Part shown: positions 35,087 to 44,418 of the stretch, piece after piece
Layout: each line of letters starts with the position of its first letter
Position numbering within the stretch: position 1 is the first letter of the stretch
IMG/VR virus record: IMGVR_UViG_3300035438_000711
Span: 1-53,916 of that record
Reading direction: 5' to 3' (one strand)
DNA from: a virus
Taxonomy: Duplodnaviria; Caudoviricetes
DNA length: 53,916 nt
Notes under the pieces: model-generated
Told to the model about the DNA's origin: nothing
Database searches by the model: none
Seen by the model: only the letters and a program-made list of their open reading frames with translations
Made by a program: the position numbers and the translations under genes

Positions 35087-38000
35087 CAGCCAAACCCTCC
35101 GAGCCGTGCCGCACCGACGATCGCCACCGGCTGATTGAAGTAATTCGACGCAGCCCCGGCGAGGCCAAGGGCGATCTGGTTCAGCAGTTTCGTTTGAATC
35201 CGCGCCTCGATCAGTTCGGGGTCTTGGGCACTCGCGGCGAGGTCAAGCACAAGGGCGGCACCCTCGGCGGTGCGAACGTCGGTCGTCTTTACCGTCGCGG
35301 AGCCGAGTGTGTTGAGTTGCCGGACCCGCTCTTGCTGCCGCGCGAACTCCGCTTCCTCGGCCTTGCGGCGTTCCTCCGCGATGCGGGCCTGCTCTTGGGC
35401 CACGGCCTGCTGCTGGGCTTCTTGGGCCTTTGCGGCTTCTTCCTGCTGCTTCTCAAACGCCTTCTGATATTCCTCGCGTTGCTTCGCGGCACCACTGGCA
35501 ATGTCCTGCTCTTTGGCCTGCACTTGGTCAAGTTGCTGTAGCCGCGTCAGCGCCGCCCGTTGGGCCTCGTCGTCGCCCGCTGCCCTCGCAGCCGCCGCTG
35601 CTTCTTGGGCGCGAGCAATCTCGGCTTCAATCGCCACAAGGTTTTCCCCAGCCTTGATCCGCTCTTGATCGCCACCCACCTGTTGCATCGCAATAAGGTT
35701 GTTTACCAACTCTTGCTGCTGGAGTTGTTTCTTGTCGGCATCGTCTCGGGCCTTTTGGGCGTCAGCAATGATTTTCTTTTCGCCTTCGATCCGCTTGTCA
35801 AACAACGCTTGCTGCCTCGCCACCTCGGCGTCAAAAGCCGGTTTGGTCAAGATGCCTGCCTCTGCCTGCGACTGCGCGGCCTTGATGCCGTCTTGCAGTT
35901 GTGCGGCAGCGTCGAACCCGGCCTGCCCAAACTCTGCGGACTTTTCAATCGCGGTGTCGATAGCCTTGTTGGCACCTTCAAACGCTTGCTCGAACCCTTG
36001 CCCGAATCCCTGCTCCAACGCCTGCTGCTGTTCTTCAAGGTTTGCCCGCAGCGTGTCGAGTTGTTCAAGGCGAGCCTGTGCATCCGTGCCGCCTTGTTCG
36101 GCGATCCTTGCCCGCTCACGCTCGACGGCGGCAAGGTCGTCGGTCACCTTGCTGGCAGCGTCGCTCGTCTTGAGCAACCCGTCGATGCGGGCCGTGTCTT
36201 GGTCGGCTTGCTTCGCAGCCGCCTCGTTCGCAGCAGTGCGTTCCGTAGTCTCCTGCTGGATCAACCGATTGACTGTTTCCTGCGCTGCCTTGATCCGTGC
36301 AATCTCTTGCGCGGTCATGTTCAGCGGGTCAATGACACTCGCCGTCGCTGCCTCAAAGCCACGCATCGCCTCGGTGACGGCACTGCCTTGATCGACCACG
36401 CCGCCGAAGAAATTGTCGAACTGCTCCCGCGTCTTTTCAATGTTCGTTTCGATCTGAAACTGCGGGCTGCGTTCCCGTTCAATCCGCTCGCGGAGAGTCT
36501 GCACAAACTGCGAGCCAGCGCCGTTGCCCGCCTCCGCAGCCGCGTTGGACGCACCGCCAAAGGCAGCGGCCACGGCTTCGGTAGCGTTCTTTTTCGCGGC
36601 CTCTAGTTCCGCCTTGTTCCTTTCCAGCGCTTCGTTGCCAGCGTTCGCCAAGTCTTTTCCGGCTTGCTGCAAATCAGAGTCCACCCACGACCCCAGCCCT
36701 TCAAGCACCTTGCCCAAACCGATCAGCAAGTTGTTTCCGACAACTTCAAAGATATTGAAAACGTACCGCAGCCCCTCGCTGACGCCGACGAGGATGTTTC
36801 CGACGAAACGAAAAACGTCGCCCGCGTCTGACAGGATGGACGTGAACCCGTCGAAGTCCGCGAACACTTTGTCGAACACGCCAGCAAACACTTCCGCACC
36901 GTTGAGCAGCACGTCGGCGATTGTGTTGGCGATTCCTTGCCCGCCTTCGCCGCCGTTGAAGTCTTCGATGAACTTCAAGAACTCGTCCGCAACAGCGGCG
37001 ACCGCCGGTGCCAGTTGCCCAATCACGCGACCGACAATTCCTTGCACCGTCGCGGACACAAGATCGAAACGGTCATTCATTTCGGCAATGTTGGCAATGA
37101 GCGACTCGGGCACAATCGCACCAAGTCGCTCGGCCCGTGCTGTCAGTTCGTCAATGCTTGTCGCACCCTCTCGGAACAGCGGGGCAAGCGCGGCCCCCTG
37201 CTTCCCAAACAGCGACACAGCAGCCGCAGCACGATCTGCTGCCGTCGGCAGTTGTGAGATGGCATTGCTAATCGCACCGAACTGCTCCTCCGGTGCGAGG
37301 CTTCGCAGTTCCGCAACAGACAGGTTGATGCCACGCAGCGATTTGTCGAGTGCATCGCCGGGCGTAGCCTTTCCAATGTTTACGGCCAACTTCTGAATCG
37401 CTGACCCAAACTGCTCGGTGTCCACACCGGCCAACTTCGCCGCGAGCGAATACCCTTGAAGGGCTTCGACGCCAACGCCTGTCCGTGCGGAAAAGTCGTT
37501 GAGCGTATCAAGCGATGTGTTCACGCTTGTCACAAGGCTTGTGACTTGATTCGTCGCGCTGGTGAACGCGTTGCCAATAAGTTGAAAGCCGCTCACAAGC
37601 ACTCGGCCAACTTCAATCGTCGCAAGGATGCCAACGTTGCGATTCAGCCGGTCAATGTTCTTGTCGGCCCCGGCCGCGGACTTGCCAACTTCGTCAAGGT
37701 CTTTGCGTGCCCGTGCGGCTGCCTTGTTGAACTGTTCCTGCGAAAGCCTGCCGCCATCAAGATGCTTCCTCAACTCCTGCATCTGCTGGTCGTAGCGTTC
37801 TTGCGGCCCAAGGTTCGCCTGAATGATCCGCGATGCAGCGGCTAGTGCGTCGGCACGTTCCCGCTCTGCCTTCGCCGCTGCGGCGTTCGCGCCGCTGGCC
37901 TCGGCTGTAGCGCGGCTGAACGTCTCCTCCGAAATAGCACCTTGGTCGAGCAAGGTTGTCAGCCTTGCCATCTCAGTGGCACGCTGCTCCTCCGCAGTTG

Positions 38001-38925
38001 CGTATCGCTCGGTGATCCGCAACCCTTCATCAACCACACGCTGCCGTGCCGCCTCGGCTGCGGCTGCTGCGGCGTTTGCCCCGGTAACGTCAGCCACCGC
38101 ACGCGAGTGCGTTTCCTCGCTGATGGTCGCCTTGGCAAGCCGGTCGTCGAGGTCAGCCAAAATCGTCGCCCGCTTCTCGGCGTCGGTCTGGTACTTGGCG
38201 GTGATAACGTCCGACTGTGCTTGTGCCTGCCTGTCTTCTGCGGCTCTTTTTTCTTGGGCAGCGGCGGCTTCCTCGACGGCCCGCGTGAACTCGATGTTCG
38301 CCTCGCTCGACGCTGCAAAGGCCCGGTTGTACGTCTCTTGGGAAATGGCCCCCTCGGCGACGAGCCGGTTGATCTTCTCCAGTTCAAGAGCGCGTTTTTC
38401 CTCGGCCGTCGCGTACTGCTGCGTGACCCGTTCGCCCTCGGCAAGGACTGCCGCCCGTCCCCGCTCGGCTTCCAGTGCCGCAGCGTTCGCCCCGCTCGCC
38501 TCTGCCGTTGCACGGTTGTACGTGTCTTGGTCAATCGCGTTGAGTTTGAGCAGCCGCGAAAGATTCTCCAACTCAATGGCACGCTTTTGCTCGGCGGTGC
38601 GATTCGCCTCCGTGACCCGTATGCCTTCGCCGAACGCGGTCGCAACGTCCTTCGCCTCTTTCGTCAGCCGGGCAAACGACTCCGCGTATGCGTTGGCGTC
38701 TTTGGTGTTTCGGAACTGCTCGGCTAGGGCGGCGAACCGATCCGCAAAACCTTGCTGGGCATTCGCCGCCGCCGCACTGGCAGCGGTGAACGGGGCAAAA
38801 ACAGACGTAGCCTTTTCCGCCTGCTTGCCGATGCTGGCAAGTGCCTTGTCAACAGGCGTGAGGCTCTTAGCGAGGCTTGACGCATCGCCCGTCACCTTCA
38901 ACGCTAGTCCAAGAATGTTCGCCAT
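35086..38925 (-). CDS. Tail tape measure protein
   Basis: About 1279 aa, Ala/Gln/Glu-rich helical; follows the chaperone pair. Confidence 0.92.
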   Translation of the reverse strand: MANILGLALKVTGDASSLAKSLTPVDKALASIGKQAEKATSVFAPFTAASAAAANAQQGFADRFAALAEQFRNTKDANAYAESFARLTKEAKDVATAFGEGIRVTEANRTAEQKRAIELENLSRLLKLNAIDQDTYNRATAEASGANAAALEAERGRAAVLAEGERVTQQYATAEEKRALELEKINRLVAEGAISQETYNRAFAASSEANIEFTRAVEEAAAAQEKRAAEDRQAQAQSDVITAKYQTDAEKRATILADLDDRLAKATISEETHSRAVADVTGANAAAAAAEAARQRVVDEGLRITERYATAEEQRATEMARLTTLLDQGAISEETFSRATAEASGANAAAAKAERERADALAAASRIIQANLGPQERYDQQMQELRKHLDGGRLSQEQFNKAAARARKDLDEVGKSAAGADKNIDRLNRNVGILATIEVGRVLVSGFQLIGNAFTSATNQVTSLVTSVNTSLDTLNDFSARTGVGVEALQGYSLAAKLAGVDTEQFGSAIQKLAVNIGKATPGDALDKSLRGINLSVAELRSLAPEEQFGAISNAISQLPTAADRAAAAVSLFGKQGAALAPLFREGATSIDELTARAERLGAIVPESLIANIAEMNDRFDLVSATVQGIVGRVIGQLAPAVAAVADEFLKFIEDFNGGEGGQGIANTIADVLLNGAEVFAGVFDKVFADFDGFTSILSDAGDVFRFVGNILVGVSEGLRYVFNIFEVVGNNLLIGLGKVLEGLGSWVDSDLQQAGKDLANAGNEALERNKAELEAAKKNATEAVAAAFGGASNAAAEAGNGAGSQFVQTLRERIERERSPQFQIETNIEKTREQFDNFFGGVVDQGSAVTEAMRGFEAATASVIDPLNMTAQEIARIKAAQETVNRLIQQETTERTAANEAAAKQADQDTARIDGLLKTSDAASKVTDDLAAVERERARIAEQGGTDAQARLEQLDTLRANLEEQQQALEQGFGQGFEQAFEGANKAIDTAIEKSAEFGQAGFDAAAQLQDGIKAAQSQAEAGILTKPAFDAEVARQQALFDKRIEGEKKIIADAQKARDDADKKQLQQQELVNNLIAMQQVGGDQERIKAGENLVAIEAEIARAQEAAAAARAAGDDEAQRAALTRLQQLDQVQAKEQDIASGAAKQREEYQKAFEKQQEEAAKAQEAQQQAVAQEQARIAEERRKAEEAEFARQQERVRQLNTLGSATVKTTDVRTAEGAALVLDLAASAQDPELIEARIQTKLLNQIALGLAGAASNYFNQPVAIVGAARLGGFG

Positions 38926-39230
38926 CACTCAAGCCCCAACTGTTTTTTCAAATCTAAAAGAACGTCGCGGGCCTGTGCTTGGTGCTGCGGCGGTTTTTCA
39001 AGCGGGATAAAGTCTTCGGCCTTCGGACACTTGCCCCGTGGCGAGTGTGGTGCCAGCAGGGCGCTGACAATCAATCCCGTCTCTGCCCATGAATCTCCAA
39101 GTGCTTCGTAGTACCGCGTGTATGCCATCCACTCGGTGAACTCCTGCGAGTCCATCCGAGCCATCAATTCCTTCACCGTCATCTTCAGGTGACCCGCAAG
39201 GCGGAAGGCAAACCTCCGCGTGTGGGACAC
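38925..39230 (-). CDS. Tail assembly chaperone, frameshift-extended part (gpT-like)
   Basis: In the -1 frame of upstream chaperone; LKMTVKELMARMDSQEFTEWMAY. Confidence 0.8.
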   Translation of the reverse strand: MSHTRRFAFRLAGHLKMTVKELMARMDSQEFTEWMAYTRYYEALGDSWAETGLIVSALLAPHSPRGKCPKAEDFIPLEKPPQHQAQARDVLLDLKKQLGLE

Positions 39231-39232
39231 GT

Positions 39233-39577
39233 TCAGCCTTTTCCCAGTTCTTCGACGTCTGCCTCCGACATATTGTTGTGCTTCATCGCACGGTCGAAGA
39301 GCCGCGACATAACCGCCGCCGACTTCTGGCCCAACTTTTCAATCTGCTCCCGCGTAAACAGAAGTTTCCCCGCGTCGTCGCACAGCACCCGCTGCAAATA
39401 CTCCGTGCGGAAGTTTTCGATTCCGGTGTCACGCTTACCGATCCACATGCGTTCGTAAGCGTCCCGCTCGGCCACGCTCATCACGCGAACGTAGACCTCG
39501 CCGTTCCATTCCTTCACGTTGATCTTGAGGAGCGTTGCGTCGTCGGCTGCAAGAATCTGGTCTGCTGAAAGCGACAT
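39233..39577 (-). CDS. Tail assembly chaperone (gpG-like)
   Basis: VKEWNGEVYVRVMS..ERD; position. Confidence 0.85.
   Translation of the reverse strand: MSLSADQILAADDATLLKINVKEWNGEVYVRVMSVAERDAYERMWIGKRDTGIENFRTEYLQRVLCDDAGKLLFTREQIEKLGQKSAAVMSRLFDRAMKHNNMSEADVEELGKG
39239..39245 (-). promoter_or_regulatory. Programmed -1 ribosomal frameshift slippery site
   Basis: G-GGA-AAA just before the stop; -1 frame reads GGG AAA AGG CTG AAC GTG into the next ORF. Confidence 0.85.
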
Positions 39578-39587
39578 TTTATTTCTC

Positions 39588-39908
39588 TTATTCCGGGGTG
39601 ATCTTGAACGTCGCTGCGTACCTTGCAACGTCGTTGACTTTGCCCGCAATCTGCAACGACTGACAGATCGCCTTCGTCGTGAGCGTCAAGCCGCCGCCGG
39701 AAATATCCAGCGTGGCTTTCCTCCCATACGTGGCAATCGAAATCTGCGCAGAGGACAGGCACTTCACATCTATAGTGCCCATGTCAAATGCCCACGCACT
39801 TGCGCGAGCAAGCGGCAGACTGCCGCCGACGTTGACGTTGATCTCCGTCAACTCGCCAAGTGCAATGCTATTCCACGTAACGCTGACGCCTGTGCATACA
39901 TTCGCCAT
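39588..39908 (-). CDS. Small tail-tube-like protein 2
   Basis: Beta-rich 106 aa, GGAGG RBS, position. Confidence 0.6.
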   Translation of the reverse strand: MANVCTGVSVTWNSIALGELTEINVNVGGSLPLARASAWAFDMGTIDVKCLSSAQISIATYGRKATLDISGGGLTLTTKAICQSLQIAGKVNDVARYAATFKITPE

Positions 39909-39929
39909 GACGGGCCTCCGTCACGGCAA

Positions 39930-40319
39930 CTAAGCGCGGGCAATACGAACCGTGGCCTGACCGCGAATCGCGTCGTTCGTTGCCAGCGTCAGCGTGGACG
40001 AGTTCACCGTGTAAGCAACACCGGCCACCAGACTGACCGCATTGCTCACGATTGAGCACGTGCCCGTCGAAGCGTCCGCAATGATGCTGCTGCCGAGGTA
40101 GTCAAACTGCACCGTGCGGCCCGTGTCACTCACGCTGCCCTGCAGCGGGCGATCAACAGTCTTGACCTGCGCGCCGGTCGTCAGGCCAAGGTGGCTTACG
40201 TCAATCTTTTCCGCATCGGCGTTCGGGTCGGTGAACGAAATGACGATATTCGTCACGGTGTAGAGCGTCGCGCCAAGCCGGAGCGTGGTGCCTGTACCGT
40301 CGTGCGGGGTGGCTGACAT
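39930..40319 (-). CDS. Major tail tube-like protein
   Basis: GTGTTL...IDVSHLG pattern; follows tail terminator. Confidence 0.7.
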   Translation of the reverse strand: MSATPHDGTGTTLRLGATLYTVTNIVISFTDPNADAEKIDVSHLGLTTGAQVKTVDRPLQGSVSDTGRTVQFDYLGSSIIADASTGTCSIVSNAVSLVAGVAYTVNSSTLTLATNDAIRGQATVRIARA

Positions 40320-40322
40320 TCT

Positions 40323-40742
40323 TCAAATCTCCTGCCAAAGTATTGAGTACGTTTGCGACACCGAATACAGAGGCGGTGTTTCGCCGCCCGCCAACTGAGC
40401 GAATCCGTCAGACTCGTTATCGAGGCTCACGTTCTTCACTACCACCAAGTCTGACTCACTGGTGCCATACCCATCCAGACACGCCCGGCACTTGTCTGCC
40501 AACTCTCTTACTGCCTCGTACGTCTCGGCATAAAGGTCGAGCGTCAGCACAACGGTGGGCATCCCAATCGGGCCGGAAAGCGACTGCTGCCGCTGCACGC
40601 CCGACCGCCGGTAACAGGCAAACGGGGGCGGGGCAGACGCCGGTGCCAGCACCGGGAAAACCCGCGTGGCAACAATCGCCGCCACGGCAGCGTTGGCGAC
40701 AAGAGCGTTGCGAATAACCGCCTCGGGAGATTTCAGTGCCAT
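40323..40742 (-). CDS. Tail terminator/completion protein (DUF3168-like)
   Basis: RVFPVLAP...P...Y.R...LDLYAETY...CLDGY. Confidence 0.85.
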   Translation of the reverse strand: MALKSPEAVIRNALVANAAVAAIVATRVFPVLAPASAPPPFACYRRSGVQRQQSLSGPIGMPTVVLTLDLYAETYEAVRELADKCRACLDGYGTSESDLVVVKNVSLDNESDGFAQLAGGETPPLYSVSQTYSILWQEI

Positions 40743-40780
40743 GCCCCCAGCGTGGCAGAAACCGCCGCAGGCTTGCAGCC

Positions 40781-41584
40781 TTACCCGCTGGCCGTGAGGG
40801 CACCAGTGATCGAGCCGGTTGTCTGAAACGTCAACGCCCGAATGGCCGCTTCGAGGGAAATCTTCAACTCGGCCTGCAGCCGGTTCGCCACCTCGGCCTT
40901 GGTTTGGTTCCACGCGGTCTGAATGGGGGGGCGACCGGCTACGCCGCCCGGCTGCACCGCCGAAATCTGAAACGGCTGCGACGACTTTTTGAAGTACGCT
41001 TTGTTGTAACCCGGTTCCGTCCGCACTTCGTCGCTGCCCGTCTCAACAAACTTGAAAGGCCCGAGCCGCTTGAAACTCGACGCGATGTATCCGTTCTGCC
41101 CGCTGACCCAATGCACGACTCCTTTGCCCCGCACGGTTTCTTGGACGCCCATGCGGACGCGGGTGAACGGTGCGGTCGGTGACTTCCGCTGATACGGCGT
41201 GTTCGACAGCCGCGCAAACTTTCGCTCCTTCGTGCCGAACTCCAGCCACCATTGATGGAAGGCTCGATCCGGCCCGGCCCGCACGGTGCCGCCTGCGGCA
41301 CTCGACGCGTTCTCTTTTCCGGCCCGCGTGTACCCAATCAACGCGACCGCGCCGCCGGTGCGCGGGTAAGCCTTGGCCTTGTAGGTCGCCGCCCGCTTAA
41401 GGTTTCCCGTCGGCCCGATTGGCGTCACCTCCCGCAGCCGCAAGTACGCAGGCCAGATAGCCTTTTCCAAAGCGTCCTTCAGCAACTCCGCTGCCGCTGC
41501 TTTGTCGCCAAGGTTTTTGATGCCTTCGCGCAGCGCGGCTAGTTCGGGAAACTCGACGCTGATCTTGATGCCAGCAACAGCCAT
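40781..41584 (-). CDS. HK97 gp10-like tail component with insertion
   Basis: PTGNLKRA, WWLEFGT, RPPIQTAW. Confidence 0.8.
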   Translation of the reverse strand: MAVAGIKISVEFPELAALREGIKNLGDKAAAAELLKDALEKAIWPAYLRLREVTPIGPTGNLKRAATYKAKAYPRTGGAVALIGYTRAGKENASSAAGGTVRAGPDRAFHQWWLEFGTKERKFARLSNTPYQRKSPTAPFTRVRMGVQETVRGKGVVHWVSGQNGYIASSFKRLGPFKFVETGSDEVRTEPGYNKAYFKKSSQPFQISAVQPGGVAGRPPIQTAWNQTKAEVANRLQAELKISLEAAIRALTFQTTGSITGALTASG

Positions 41585-41901
41585 TACAGCGTCTCCTGAC
41601 AAATCAGTTCGTGGATGCTTCGGTTTTCATGCTCAAGCACGGAAATGATTTCGAGCGTGCGGCCCCGCCACAACAGCCGCATTTGCGACTTCAAACCCGG
41701 TATGTGCCGCATCCGCACGCGGTGGGAAATCTCTACCTGTTGCTGCCCGGCCAGCAGCAACTCGCGGGCCGTCACGCCTTGCACGTCAGCCCACACGGTC
41801 GCAAATTCGCTCCATGCAAATATCGTTTCGCCAAGTGAGTTTCTCGACTCGCTCGACTGCTGCACGGTCACGCGTTCGCGGAGTTGGCCCGCTTTGATCA
41901 T
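41584..41901 (-). CDS. Head closure / head-tail adaptor (SPP1 gp16-like)
   Basis: AGQLRERVTVQ...ATVWADV...MRLLWRGRTLEI. Confidence 0.9.
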   Translation of the reverse strand: MIKAGQLRERVTVQQSSESRNSLGETIFAWSEFATVWADVQGVTARELLLAGQQQVEISHRVRMRHIPGLKSQMRLLWRGRTLEIISVLEHENRSIHELICQETL

Positions 41902-42344
41902 ATGGCTGTGCCCTCGCCAACAATCACAATGTCGTAGGTCGCCCCAGCCGTGGAGGTGATGTACAGCGTGGCCGAAGTCGTGCCTGCCGCCGTTGGGTTG
42001 ACGTTGAGCAGGACGCCCCCCGGTGCAACACTGCCGGTGTAAGCACCCGTCACGGTCAGCGTGTGCGTGTCGCCGGTATTCTTCAGATAGATCGCCTTGA
42101 GCGCGGTGAGGTTGACCGTCACCGCCGCCCCGTCCCGCGAGTCGGAGAGTGCCGACAGTTGGAACGTGTCGGTGCCGCCCGACACCCGCGAGTCGCTCCA
42201 CACGATTTGTGCTTGGTTCGCCGCCGTGCCTTCGGTCAGCGACGCGAAATAATCCGCACGCGTCACTCGCGTGTTGCGCGCAATGTCGGCGGTGTCGGTT
42301 TCAATCGTCACCAGATTCACGAGAATTTCGGCGGATAGGCTCAT
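41898..42344 (-). CDS. Hypothetical virion protein
   Basis: Thr-rich beta protein coupled between the connector genes. Confidence 0.65.
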   Translation of the reverse strand: MSLSAEILVNLVTIETDTADIARNTRVTRADYFASLTEGTAANQAQIVWSDSRVSGGTDTFQLSALSDSRDGAAVTVNLTALKAIYLKNTGDTHTLTVTGAYTGSVAPGGVLLNVNPTAAGTTSATLYITSTAGATYDIVIVGEGTAI

Positions 42345-42943
42345 GTGTAACTCCCCCAAGAAACGCTATCGAGTAGCGACTTTGCACCCAGCGGCACCTC
42401 GCTCATTGTCGCGGCGTCAACCGCTGCACGCTGCTCGTACCAGTGCAGCACAAGCATGAGAATCGCGTGCCTGACCCGCGTAGGCACGCTCGTCCCGGCA
42501 TCGCCGTACCCGCTCCACCACGTGACCGATACGCTGTTTTGATCCAAGAGATGCGACGGCCACGACCCCGCGTAGATATTGCGAATCACACCCGGCGTGG
42601 CATCGCGGTCAACGCGGTACTGCGTCGTGCTCAAGGTCGCCGTGCCGCCGTTGTCGCCGGTTGTGTACGTGATCGTCACCGCCGTGGCGGTGCCGCTGGC
42701 GACCATCGGCGGGCGGGGCAGTTCAATCTCTGCCGGGAACGCGTCCAGCCGCATCACGTACTGCTGCGTGACAAGGCTGCGGTCGAGATAGTCCTCGACC
42801 CACTCTCTCGCTGCCGTTACCAGCGACGATACGTAGGCATCATCTGTGCTGGTGTCGATCCGGCAATGCGACTTCGCCTCGGCAAGCGTCACAGGTTCGA
42901 CCACGGGGGCGGACGTTCGCCGCAGGCTGCGGTAGCGTTTCAT
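42341..42943 (-). CDS. Head-tail connector (gp6 / phiE125 gp8-like)
   Basis: EPVTLAEAKSHCRID...AAREWVE...AILMLVLHWYEQR. Confidence 0.9.
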   Translation of the reverse strand: MKRYRSLRRTSAPVVEPVTLAEAKSHCRIDTSTDDAYVSSLVTAAREWVEDYLDRSLVTQQYVMRLDAFPAEIELPRPPMVASGTATAVTITYTTGDNGGTATLSTTQYRVDRDATPGVIRNIYAGSWPSHLLDQNSVSVTWWSGYGDAGTSVPTRVRHAILMLVLHWYEQRAAVDAATMSEVPLGAKSLLDSVSWGSYT

Positions 42944-43140
42944 TTCTTCTGCCTCCGGGGGATGGCGTCTGCGGTTTCGGCGGCGGGTTCAACGCGGGTG
43001 TTTTCAACCAACTCCCGCTGATCGTCGCGGGCGGCGACCGCGTACTCCCAAGCGATCAGCGACTCGGCCTGCCGGTCTGGAAGGTCAATCACTTCGCCGC
43101 GTTTGTACGCCCCGTGCGGCTTCGTCAGTCTGATTCTCAT
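42940..43140 (-). CDS. Small hypothetical head-region protein
   Basis: YKRGEVIDLPDRQAESLI; coupled. Confidence 0.7.
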   Translation of the reverse strand: MRIRLTKPHGAYKRGEVIDLPDRQAESLIAWEYAVAARDDQRELVENTRVEPAAETADAIPRRQKK

Positions 43141-43871
43141 TCTGACACGCTCCACGCATCCTTCGGCTGCTTCTTTGTTTCCTGCCACTCGGTCGTGTAT
43201 TGGTGAACCGGAGCGGCGAAGTTCTTCCCCGGCCACGTGATCGTGTATTCCCCGTGCCCGATGCAAACTCGCGGAGTCACGTACAGCCGGTTGCCGCACT
43301 TCTTGAACTGCCGCCAGAACGATATATCGGAGTCAGTTCTGCCGTCACCCCAACCGCCCGTCGGGTCTGGCTGTTCGTGGAACCAAGGTTTTGCCATCCG
43401 CTTGAGTGCCCTTGTAGAGATGATCGTGCAGCCGAAATGAGCCGTATCGACTTGCTGCACTGGCTCGTTGAACCACCCAAGCGGCAGGCTCGTCACGCCG
43501 CCTTCCGGCGGGTTGTCGAGCGTGTCAAGCAGCGTCAGCATCGGCCTGCCGTCTTCACGCTTTGTCTGCAGCGGGGCAAGGGCGTCGCACTGGAAAGACA
43601 TAGCAAGAGCGAACAGGTGTTCAACCGATTCCCTGCTCACGAAACTGTCCATATCTAGGGTGATTATATATTCCGTCGTGTCTTGGAAACTCTCAAGCAT
43701 TCGCGTCAAAACCTGACTCCAGAACGCACCCTGCCCGAGCGTCGGGCGGATGTGCAGCGGCATCATCGCTTCAACAAATCCAAACGCGTTGATCAGCGGC
43801 CCGAACCGGGGGCCAGACAGGATCGCTTCCGCACGCACGTCAACCTTCGTGTCGCCAATCTGCACAATCAT
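43137..43871 (-). CDS. Glycosyltransferase-like (GT-A) protein
   Basis: YIITLDMD, HFGCTII, KPWF, DISFW, IGH; GGAGG RBS. Confidence 0.7.
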   Translation of the reverse strand: MIVQIGDTKVDVRAEAILSGPRFGPLINAFGFVEAMMPLHIRPTLGQGAFWSQVLTRMLESFQDTTEYIITLDMDSFVSRESVEHLFALAMSFQCDALAPLQTKREDGRPMLTLLDTLDNPPEGGVTSLPLGWFNEPVQQVDTAHFGCTIISTRALKRMAKPWFHEQPDPTGGWGDGRTDSDISFWRQFKKCGNRLYVTPRVCIGHGEYTITWPGKNFAAPVHQYTTEWQETKKQPKDAWSVSE

Positions 43872-43880
43872 GAAACCTCC

Positions 43881-43917
43881 AAAAAAAACGGCGGGGAGGC
43901 GATTGCCTTCCCCGCCG
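43881..43917 (-). terminator. Rho-independent terminator after the capsid genes
   Basis: CGGCGGGGA..GGC/GCC.TCCCCGCCG stem plus T8. Confidence 0.85.
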
Positions 43918-43943
43918 CTCAGTGTGGTCACTGTGTCAAGCGA

Positions 43944-44387
43944 TTAGCCGACGGCCTGCGTGTTCACGCCCTTGCTGGTGGCGTCCATCGGGCCAGCCTC
44001 GCCGCGACTCAGCCGGGCAACCGTAGCCACGCCAACAGTCAGCGCGGGGGTCGCGTAGACGGTCAGGTAGCGGCTCTTGCCCCGCAAGTCGATGTCGAAC
44101 CGGTGGCTGTACCCAACGGCTGCTCCGGTCGTGGAACCGGCGGCAACCGTGAAGTCGGTGCCACCCACAAAGCCCGACACGTTGGTCTGGCCGCTGCCAG
44201 ACGCGTTGGACTGTGCAAGGCGAAGCACCGTGGCAGCAGCCGTAGCGGCAGCCGTGAACGGCGAGAAGGCAACGTCAATCGAAGCGTAGGCAAAACCGAG
44301 CGTGTCGATTTCGATTGAGTGAGTCGCGCTGTTTGCAACGCTCGCTTCAATCTTCTCGACCGACTTGGTGGCGGCAACGTGGTTCAT
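43944..44387 (-). CDS. Putative capsid decoration protein
   Basis: Directly after the capsid gene; IDTLGF...RYL pattern; AGGAG RBS. Confidence 0.65.
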   Translation of the reverse strand: MNHVAATKSVEKIEASVANSATHSIEIDTLGFAYASIDVAFSPFTAAATAAATVLRLAQSNASGSGQTNVSGFVGGTDFTVAAGSTTGAAVGYSHRFDIDLRGKSRYLTVYATPALTVGVATVARLSRGEAGPMDATSKGVNTQAVG

Positions 44388-44418
44388 GGGTCAATCATCT
44401 CCTGAGAGGGTTTTAGGT

